Notes under the pieces: generated by a model
Databases searched by the model: none
What the model saw: only the letters and a program-made list of their open reading frames with translations
Told to the model about the DNA's origin: nothing
Shown: positions 54,393 through 64,000 of the stretch, piece by piece
How positions within the stretch are numbered: the first letter of the stretch is position 1
Layout of the letters: every line of letters starts with the position of its first letter
Assembly: GCA_013239625.1 (NCBI GenBank)
Contig: MU054122.1
Location: 708,773 to 772,772, forward strand
DNA from: Lama guanicoe
Lineage: Eukaryota
Direction of reading: 5' to 3'
Length of the DNA stretch: 64,000 nt
Position numbers and translations under genes: made by a program

Positions 54393-54749
54393 CTGTTTGG
54401 TGAGGTGGCCTCCTACCCCACTGTTCTACTCAGCCCCCTGATTGTTTTCATCATAACGTTCACCATAATTCTTGAATATTTCCTTTATTTGATTTCACAA
54501 AGACCACTGCCATGTTCAAGCTAACATGCCCTTCATTGTTCCGACAGGGGGCTGGGGATTCCCATAGTGTATGCTGTATCCACACTTATCATAGTACTCA
54601 CCCTGCAGCATTTTGTGGACTGTTTACTAGGTTCCTACCTCTGACTGCGGGCAGTGATCATGTCCTGTTCAGCACTGTATCACCAGCCAACAGTGACTAA
54701 GGTAGATGCTCAGTAAACATCTGAGTGTGATACCATGTAAATACATCAA

Positions 54750-54965
54750 CAATGCTTCACCCTCATTCAGCACTTCCTTTGTGTGCAAGTCATGACTTGT
54801 ATTACTATTTAACATATATAAATCCTCACCACAGCTCTATGAAGGTAAGTTCCTCACTTCATAGTTGAGGAAACTGAAAGAAAAATCAGGAAATTCATGG
54901 AAGTTCACACAGCTAGTAAGAAGCAGAGTCAGAAACACAGCCCGAGCAGTATGGCTCTAGAGTCA
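54750..54965. mobile_element. MIR-like SINE remnant
   Basis: aatcctcaccacagctctatgaaggta...tgaggaaactga...cacacagctagtaag. Confidence 0.6.
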
Positions 54966-55673
54966 GCGAGATGACTTTGAAAGAATGAAAAGAAAAAAAA
55001 AAAAGGAAAGGAAAGGAAGGGAGGAAAACAAGGATTGCATGTCTCAATTCCCTTCTTGGGCAAGAGAGAGCCCAGATCACCGTGGGTGGACTAGGTCAGG
55101 GTGGAATGGAACTGGCTATGTGGTAGAGCCTGGATGAAAATCAAAGTGATGGCCAGCACAACCCAAAGGAGGCAGCAGCAAAAGCAGAACCCACCAGAGG
55201 CAGGGGTCCCGGTGGTGGCGGCCGAGGCCAGTGGGCTTCCCAGCACCATCCCCCTCCTCCCTCTCCAGGAGATGGCCAGCTCTCCCGGCCTTAGCCCGGG
55301 GAGAGCGTGAGACCAAGGACTTCAAGGTGATGGTCAATATCAGCCCTGAGACCAACAAATCAGGCATTTCAGTGTCTTTGTTATATTCATCACCATCATC
55401 ATCAATGAAGAGAGAACGCATTTATGGGGTACACAAGGCTTCAAAAGGATGGTGAAAACCTTCTGCAGTCCTTGGCCCCCAGTCATTCTCAATTACTATT
55501 AGAGGTTTCTTGTGTACTCTTTCAGAGATAAGCTATACAAATACAAATAAGTATACATACATATATGCGGATAGAAACATACACACATATTTATATATGC
55601 ATAGGCTTTTACTGGAAGAATATATAAGAAAACTTCTAACAGTAGTGTGTATACGCTGTAAGTACATATATAC

Positions 55674-55699
55674 GTGTGTGTGTGTGTGTGTGTGTGTGT
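55674..55699 (+). repeat. (GT)n microsatellite
   Basis: Perfect dinucleotide run. Confidence 0.9.
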
Positions 55700-56944
55700 A
55701 TAAAAACATGAGACAGAGAGAAAGCAAGCTATACTTTCCCTTTTCTTTTTATATAAATGCAGAAATTGATCTTAATTTTTTGACTTATTTCTAGAGACTA
55801 TTTCTTATCAGTACATATAAAATGGCTTTATTGATGTACTGACTGTATAACAGTCTAACTGAAAGGATATACTGTAATTTATTTAACAGGTGCTCTATTG
55901 ATGGCCAATTGGAAGGTTCTAAATTTTCATGCTAACAGTTAACACTGTTCTGAATAGCCTTTAAGTATATATGCTTCCTTGAGAAATATATGCAACAATT
56001 TCTCTACAATATATAACCAGAAGCATTCTATTTAGTTTGGTTCTCTCTCTTTCTCTCTTTCTTTCTTTCTTTCTTTTTTTTAAACAACCACTGCCTTCAA
56101 GATCTCCTTTACCTCCACCCTCACAATATACTTATATCACTATTTGGGGTTTGAATCAATAATAGTGTTATTAGATCGTTACTAGGAGCCATTTAGTAAA
56201 CTTCTGTGGCATTTTCTTCCTTATACTACCTTTGCTTTTACTTTCCATTAAGTTTTTTTCTCTCTTTTTATTTGCTTTATTTTTAAAGGATCTGTCACTA
56301 ATTTTATTCCTACACCCCTCTGCCCCTCCACAAGTATAAATCTCATTTTAGTCAATGATTAATTCATCTTAATTCGAATGCATAAGATCATTTCTTAGAC
56401 TCACTTTTTTTCTCTCCTCAGAGATATCTATTCTTAGGAATTGGCCTCCTTAAGAATTTTGAAGAAAATTTTCCACAATCTTTTGTTATCCAGAGTTGCT
56501 TTCAAGTAGCCCATTGCCATTCCAATTCTTCATCTTTTATATATGATCTGTTCTTTCCCCCTGGAAATTACTTAGATCTTTTCTTGATTTCCAGTGCTCA
56601 GTGATTTTAAACTGGTAGCATTTAGTGGCACTTTGAACCCGAAAACTTATGTCCTTCAATTCTGGGGAATATTTTTGTGTTATTTAGTTTCATCTCCTTA
56701 GTTTTCTCCGCTCTGTCTGAAACTGTTACTTGAATATCGGACCTCTAATTGATCATTTTAGTATTTTTCCCTTTATTTCCATCTCTCTCAATTGTATTTG
56801 TCTGTCTAGAAGACTTCTCCACTAACCCTACTAATGTAAACTTACTGCTGCTCCTCATTCCTAATACTGAAGAGCTCTGTTTTGTTTTCAGAATGTTCTC
56901 TTTTACATTATCCTGTTAGTGTTCATAGATGCAATACTTTTTCT

Positions 56945-57005
56945 GTATGTGTGTGTGTATGTATATATATGTATATATATATACACATATATATACATAT
57001 ATATA
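56945..57005 (+). repeat. (GT)/(AT)-rich compound microsatellite
   Basis: gtgtgtgtatgtatatatat...acatatatatac. Confidence 0.9.
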
Positions 57006-57025
57006 CAGTCAGTTTACAATGTTGT

Positions 57026-58930
57026 GCCAGTGACCCAGGCCCAGTATATGTATCAGGGCCAGTGACTCAGACCAAGAGTGCGTCTTCATGGCCAGTGACC
57101 CAGGCCCAGGGGGCAATCAGTGCCAGTGATACAGGCCCAGGGTGTGTATCAGGGCGACTGTCCCAGGCGAAATTGCCTATTTACGGCCAGTGACCAAGGC
57201 CAAAAGTGCGTCTTCACTGCCAGTGAGGCAGCCCCTATGTGTATCACGGCCAGTGACACAGGCCAAGAGTGCTGCTTCATGGTCAGTGACCCAGGTCCAA
57301 GGTTCCAATCAGTGCCAATGACCCAAGCCCTGGGTATGCCCTCAACCCAGTGACACAAGCAGATCGTGTTCATTTTGTGCCAGAGACCCAGGCCAAGTGT
57401 GTGTTTAGGGCCACTGACCCAGGCCAAGAGTGTATATTCACGGCAGGTGACCTAGGCACAGGGTATGTATCAGGCCGGTGACCCAGACCAAGAGTGCCCT
57501 TAACAGCCAGCGTCCCAAGCCCAGGGTTGCAATCAGTGCCAGTGACCCTGGCCCAGGGTATGCTCTCAGCCCCAGTGACACAAGCAGAGCATGTTCCTTC
57601 TATGCCAATGACCAAGGCCATGTGTGTTTAGGGCCACTGACCCAGGCCAAGAGTGCGACTTCACGGCCAGTGACCCAGGCCCAGGGTTGAAATCAGTGCC
57701 AGTGGCCCAGGCACAGGGTATGTATCAGGCCGGTGACCCAGACCAAGAGTGCCCTTAATGGCCAGCGTCCCAAGCCCAGGCTTGCAATCAGTGCCAGTGA
57801 CCCTGGCCCGGGGTATGCCCTCAACCGAGTGACACAAGCAGAGCGTGTGGAAGGACAGCACTGGCTCGAGACCGACGCAGGAGGTCTCTTTGGTGCCAGA
57901 GACCCAGGCCAAGTGTGTGTTTAGGGCCACTGACCCAGGCCAAGAGTGCATCTCACAGCCAGTGACCCAGGCCCACGGTGTGTATAAGGCCAGTGACCCA
58001 GGACCAGGGTATGTATCAGGGCCACTGACCCAGGCTAAAGTGCACCTTCACGGACAGTGACCCAGGCAAAGAGTGCGTCTTCATGGCCAGTGACACAGGC
58101 CCAGACTTGCAATCAGTGTCAGTGACCCAGGCTCCGGGTAAGCCCTCAGCCCCTGTAACACAAATACAGCGTGTTACTTCTATGCCACTGACCCAGGCCA
58201 AGTGTGTGTTCAGGGCCACTGACCCAAGTTAAGTGTGCGTCTTCATGGCCAGTGACCTAGCCCCAGAGTATGTATCAGGGCCACTGACCCAGGCTAAAGT
58301 GCGCCTTCACGGACAGTGACCCAGGGAAAGAGTGCGTCTTCATGGCCAGTGACCCAGGCCCAGGGTTGCAATCAGTGCCAGTGACCCAGGCCAAGTGTGT
58401 GTTCAGGGCCAACGACCCAAGCCAAGTGTGTGTCTTCAGGCCAAGCGACCCAGTCTGTGTGTGTTTCTTCAGGGTCACTGACCGAGGCCAATGGTATGTG
58501 TGCAGCACCAGTCTCACAGTCCCTTGTTGTTCCTAGATTCTTAGAAAGTGACCAAGGCCCTGGGAATGCTTTCATGTCGTTACACAGTCCCAGGTTGTAC
58601 CTTCAGGGACAGAGTCCCAGGCCCATGGGATGGCTTCTGCCTAGGCTGTGTTTTCGGGGCCAGTGACCTAAGCTTAGAGTGTATGCGTAGGGCCACTGAC
58701 CAAAGCCAAGTGTGTGTCTTTAGGGCCAGTGATCCAGGCTAACAGTGCGTCTTCACGGCCAGTGACCCAGGCCCAGGCTGTGTTTTCGGGGCCAGTGACA
58801 CAAGCCAGGAATGTTTCTCTATGGCCACAGACCAAAGCCAAGTGTGTGTCTTTAGGGCCAGTGACCATGACCAAGAGTGCCTCTCCACGGCCAGTGTCCC
58901 AGACCCAAGGTTGCCTTCAGCGCCAGTGAA
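57026..58930 (+). repeat. Minisatellite array, ~31-33-bp monomer with core CAGTGACCCAGGCC (left arm of the inverted element)
   Basis: Dozens of diverged monomers, e.g. cagtgacccaggcccagtatatgtatcagggc and cagtgactcagaccaagagtgcgtcttcatggc. Confidence 0.95.
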
Positions 58931-59039
58931 CCTCTCCGCCCGCTCACCAGATTGTCCCCCGACCTTAAAGTCGCTGGTCGGGGTGTCCCAGCGCGAGGAG
59001 GACCTTAGTTGGCACCTCGGTAGGGTGGAAAGCCTGCAT

Positions 59040-60015
59040 AGTGCGGAGAACGACGCAGGCAGCCAACAGGAAGCGCCAGAAAGCAGACAAGACCATCAAG
59101 CGAGACTCGTCCCCGGCAAGGCAGGTCTGGAGAGAGGAAAATTTTCTCTCCAACTTCCCGACTCCGAGCCGGCGTGGAGGGGGAGGCGTCCAGGCGGCCG
59201 CGCCTAGTGCTGCGAGGCCGGCCGCTTCTGCCCTCGGGTTGCGTGGAGGGGGCGGCGGGAGGAGGCGAGGCCCGCGGGCCCTCTCCCTCCTCCACCTCCT
59301 AACCCCGGGCTCCCGGCCGCAAAGACGGCTGCACAGGAAGCCGCGCACTAGCTTCTTCACCGGGAGTAAACTTCCCGGTTCTGCTCCTTCGCGAGGCGGG
59401 GCGCCGCGTCACTCTCGGTTTGCAAGCGGGTCGCGCGCGGGATTTCCGCTTTGCGGGCGGGGCACGCGCGCGACGTCCGGTTTGCCCTGCTCTCGCGCGA
59501 GCGGCCCACCCGCAAACCGGAAGTCTCGCGGCGCCCCGCCTCGCGAAGGAGCAGAGCCGGGAAGTTGATTCCCGGTGAAGAAGCTAGTGTGCGGCCTCCT
59601 GTGCAGCCGTCTTTGCGGCCGGGAGCCCGGGGATAGGAGGTGGAGGAGGGAGAGCGCCCGCGGGCCTCGCCTCCGCTCGCCGCCCCCTCCACGCAACCCG
59701 AGGGCAGAAGCGGCCGGCCCCGGCCTCGGTCCCGCAGCGCTAGGCCCCGGCGCCCGGACGCGCCGCCCCCACCAGCCAACACCGACTCCGAGTAGGGAAG
59801 TTGGTGAGAAACTTCTCCGCTCTCCGGGCCTGGATGGCCAGGGGCCCGGCTTGTCCTATGGTCGTGTCTGCTTTCTAGCGCTACTTGCTGGCCTCCTGCG
59901 TCGGTCTCGAGCCAGTGCTGTCCTTCCAGCTCCCGCCCAGGTGCCACCTAAGGTCCTCCTGGCGCTGGGACACCCCAGTGCCCGACTTTAAGGTTGTGTG
60001 ACCACGCGGTGAGGG
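59040..60015. promoter_or_regulatory. Palindromic CpG island with bidirectional-promoter motifs
   Basis: Very CpG/GC-rich; GC boxes (GGCGGGGC), ETS CCGGAAGT at 59517-59524, TCGCGA at 59389 and 59541; inverted arms. Confidence 0.7.
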
Positions 60016-60024
60016 AGTAGCGAG

Positions 60025-61925
60025 GTTCACTGGCGCTGATGGCAACACTGGGTCCGGGTTACTGGCCGTTAAGATGCACTTTTGGCCATAATCCCCGGCC
60101 CTAAAGACACACACTTGGCTTGGGTCAGTGGCTCTAGAGAAAAAATCCTGGCTTCGGTCACTGGCCCCGAATATACAGCCTGCGTCTGGGTCACTAGCCT
60201 TGAGAAGAACCCGTGGGCCTGAGTAACTGGCCCTAAAGAAACACACTTGGCTTTGGTCAGTGTCCCTACAGATGCATTCTTGGCTTGGGTCATGGGACCC
60301 GAAAACACAGCCTGGGCCTGGGTCACTGGAGCAGAAGCCAACCCCTTGGCCTGGGTCACTACCCTTGAGAAGAACCAGGGGGCCTGGGTCACTGGCCCTA
60401 AAGACACACACTTCACTTTGGTCAGTGGCCCTAGAAACACACTCTTGGCTTGGGTCACTGGCCCTGAAAACACACCCTGGGCCTGGGTCACTGGCATTGA
60501 GAAGATCCCGGGAGCCTGGGTCACTGCCCCTGGGACTGTGTAACTTGACCTGAAAGCAGTCCCAGGGCCTCAGTCACTTCCCTAGAATCTAGGAACACTG
60601 ACAGACTGTTTCAGTGGTGCTGCATGCATACCCTTGGACTGGGTCAATGACCCTGAAGAAACACACTTAGACTGGGTCAGTGGCCCTGAAGACACACACT
60701 TGGCTTGGGTCAGTGGCCCTGAACACACACTTGGCCTGGGTCACTGGCATAGAAGTAGCACGCTGTGTTTGTGTCACTGAGGCTGAGGGCATACCCCCAT
60801 CCTGGTCCCCTGGTCATGAAGGTACCCCCTTGACCTGGGTCACTGACGCTGAAGACACACTGTTGGCCTTGGTCAATGGCCCTGAAGACACACCCTGGGC
60901 CTGGGTATGTTGTCTGAAGGTCACCCATGGGCTTGGGTCAATGGCCTTTAAACACACTGGGACTGAGTGACTGGCCCTAAAAGCACACACTGGGCCTGGG
61001 TCACTGACCCTGAGTGTATAACCTTGGCTTGGTTCAATGGTGCTGAAGGCACAGCCTATTCCTTGGTTCCTGGCACCGAAGACAGACACGGGCCTAGGTC
61101 ACTGTTCCTGAAGGCACACACTGGTCTTTGGTCACTGGCCCTGAAGTCACAACATTAGCTTGAGCACTTGCCCTGAAGACACACCCTGGACCTAGGTCAC
61201 TGGTACATAGGCACACGCTGGGCTTGGGTCACTGGCACCAAATCGACACCCTTTGCCTGTTTAAATTACGCAAAATGTATACCCTGCACCACTGCCTCTG
61301 AAGTCACTCCCTGGGCCTCTGTGTCTATCTGTAAACTGCCACCCTTGGGCTTGGTCACTGGCATAGAAAGCACACCCATAACTTGGGTCTCTCTCGCAGC
61401 AGGCACATGTTTGACCTGGGTCAGCAGCCGTCAAAGCACACCCTGGTCCTGGGTTACAGACACCGAAGACAGACACAGGCCTGGGTCACTGTTCCTGAAG
61501 GCACAATCTTTCCCTGGGTTACTACCCTAGAGTCACAACATTGGCCTTGTTCACTGGCCTTGAAGACACACCATCCACCTGGGTGAGTGGTGTTGAAGGC
61601 ACACCCTGGACGTGGTTCACTGTCCCTAAAGGCACACCCTTGGCCTTGGTCACTGGCTCTGAAGGCACACGCGTATCCTAGGTCCTTGGCCGTAAAGTCA
61701 TACACTTGGCGTTAGTCATTGGCCTTCAAGCCATACCCTGATCTGGGGTCACTGGTGCAGAGGTCACACTATGGTCCTGGGTTATTGGTGCTGAAGCACA
61801 CCCTGGGCCTGGGTCAAGGCACTGATGGCAACACTGGGTCTGGTTCACTAGCCCTGATACTCACCCTGGGCCTCGGTGACTGGCACTCAGGGCACTCCCT
61901 GGGCCTGGGTCAGTGGTCCTGAAGG
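60025..61925 (-). repeat. Minisatellite array, same monomer in reverse orientation (right arm)
   Basis: Repeated ggcctgggtcactggccct, the reverse complement of the left-arm monomer. Confidence 0.95.
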
Positions 61926-63918
61926 CTCACTAAAGTATAGGTATTGGATTTTATTGAGTGTTTTCTGCAGAAATCAAGATAATGATAATGTTATTCTCCT
62001 TTATTCTAGAGATGTTAAAAACTACATTGACAAATTATTTTTTTGACATTGAGCCATTATTGCCTTCCTGAGATAATTAGTTATTTTTTAAATATGCGAT
62101 GAGGGTCAGATTATGGAAACATATTATTTATTTCTCAAAAATCTGAAGAACTTACCTATGAAACGGTCTGGGCCTGAAGCTGCCAGGTTTTGATATGCAG
62201 TGTCATTGTTAGTCCTCTGCTAAGTATTTTGTAATCTCTCTTTCATCCTTCTTTTTAATCTAAGCATATTTATTAGTATGTTCTTTGGTTTCCAGATACA
62301 TGGGATTTGTAAAAATATTTATTATTGATTTCTAATTTTTTATATAATAATAGAATATACTATACATCATTAATATGCATGATTATATACATATAATGAT
62401 GCTTCCGTAGAACTCATTGAGGTACATTGTCAGTTTTTATAGATTCCACACTTCCTTGAAAAGAGTGTGTCTTCTCTTTGTTAGGTGTTGAATCCTATCT
62501 AGAACTGATAGTTCAAGCTTTCTACATATGTTTGCTCATGACTTTTGCCTTCTTGAGCCATTAGAGTTTGGGAAAGTTGTGCTAAATCACTGGCCCTGGT
62601 GTGACCTGGGATGAATGTTAATTTTTTATTTTCCCCCCCATGTTTAAAAGGTGAAAAATCAGCCTTGATCTCTACTCTTTATCTATTGACTTTGGTTTAA
62701 AGTGATTCATTAAAAATTCTTTTGTCCCAAACCAGTGATTCTGGTTTTATTGTAAATCATGCACAATGTGCTCTGCATGCTCTGATCTTCCCTCTCCTAT
62801 CAACGGTTTGCCCTGCCAGAGAATCTCTAATGAAGTTGATTTGAAGTAAAATGTCTGTTGGGGCTCATCTAACCATTTCCTGAAGTATTTTCAAATTAGG
62901 GGCTGAGGCTGACGTCCCCTGCGTGTTTTGTGGACATTTCGGCCACTTCTCCAACCATGAAATAAGCAAGAGTAACGAACCCCATGCTCCAGTCTGTGGT
63001 TTGATACAAGGAACCTCAGCATTTCAAGGCCGCTTTGAAGAGGCTAGGGCATCAGCTGAAACCCAGAGAAAGGTAGTTGTTTGTAGGTGAGGGTGGGAGA
63101 GCGCACGCAGGCAACCTTCTACCACCACCCGTGGGAGGAGACGAGTGCAGGGCTCTCACGCCCCCCACCCCACCCAGCTCAGGGCCCCTCGTGCTGCACA
63201 GACTCACCTCACACTAATAGAAAGAGCATCAGATGGGGCTCAAACCATCAAGCTGTCATTCTCAGAAAAGCCTTCAATTTTCTCAACCTAGGTTTCTTAT
63301 CCCCAAAGTGAGAATCATAGAGGGTTTATGGGAATGTGTGGGGATATCTTTGACACCACGAGTGGGGAGAGGGCTCTGGCCCTTAAGGCAGAGGAGACTG
63401 GGAAGCTAAGTATCCTGTGACACAGGGTTTCAGTCCCACACACGAGGGATTGCCCAGGTGAGCAGGTGTCCCTTGTAAGGCGCTCAGATGAATGGTTCGC
63501 TGTCTGGCATTTGATGCTTTTAGGATCATTTCTAATGGAGCATCTTAATAAAACTACCAGAAGGCAGCCCTGATGGCCCACCACAGGTCTGCTACCTCTG
63601 ACTCTCCACATACAGGTTAATATTTCCAGATGGTGTGGGCATCATGAATTTATTAACTGCTGACTAGAAATCCGCTCTTCCTTCTTCTCTGCCCTGAACT
63701 GGGTCTTTCATGCTTCAAGAGTGCCCACTGGCTCCCCTGTGGAGACTGCAGCCTTGGGACGCACTGGCCAGGGCCGGCCTCAGCCAGGACCTCATGTCAT
63801 GGCCCCATGATGTCCATGGAACATGGAGTGGCTTTGTGTCCACAGATGGTTGAAACAAGCCTTTTACTGCAGACTCAGCCTTGATACGCATGCCCAGGGA
63901 AAGGACAGAAAACTCAAG

Positions 63919-63950
63919 GGTCACTTTCAACAAAGGTCACTTTCAACAAA
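63919..63950 (+). repeat. 16-bp perfect tandem duplication GGTCACTTTCAACAAA x2
   Basis: Direct reading. Confidence 0.9.
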
Positions 63951-64000
63951 GGACTTGCCCCATAGAAGAAACAGCTCATTTACTGATTGAGGAAGAAGCA

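Noticed and set aside
55101..55455. GC-richer patch with short ORFs, possible processed pseudogene fragment
   Set aside because: No recognisable protein similarity, polyA tail or TSD by eye.
58821..60553. Long ORFs (128-196 aa) on both strands across the CpG island and arrays
   Set aside because: Expected from high GC content and stop-poor repeats; they are mirror images of each other, low-complexity, with no recognisable domain.
57026..61925. CRISPR-like appearance (constant core plus variable segment)
   Set aside because: The variable segments are homologous to each other and recur, the cores are degenerate, there are no cas genes, and the context is mammalian. It is a minisatellite.
56934..61938. 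ATACTTT / AAAGTAT as terminal inverted repeats of the mirror element
   Set aside because: Only 7 bp in AT-rich sequence and separated from the array by a microsatellite; compatible with chance.

Overview
Mammalian genomic DNA, probably camelid (inferred from tRNA-derived Vic-type SINEs and the style of the L1 3' ends). Positions 2423-45203 (+) hold the 3' two-thirds of the macrophage mannose receptor gene MRC1/CD206. I read 21 distinct GT-AG exons (10-30 by human numbering) encoding CTLD3-8, the transmembrane helix and the cytoplasmic tail, with a polyA signal at 45858. Two near-identical head-to-tail duplications of about 2.1-2.2 kb (24189-28633, 31305-35455) each duplicate one frame-shifting exon; they are either very recent duplications or uncollapsed haplotypes. 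Downstream there is a candidate decayed minus-strand 7TM-like gene (about 52.7-54.4 kb, low confidence). The most unusual feature is a roughly 4.9-kb mirror-symmetric element (57026-61925): a palindromic CpG island with bidirectional-promoter motifs, flanked by two oppositely oriented arrays of a ~32-bp repeat. The rest is ordinary L1, SINE, MaLR, MER and MIR sequence. Repeat family names and comparisons to human MRC1 come from recognition and memory, not database searches.
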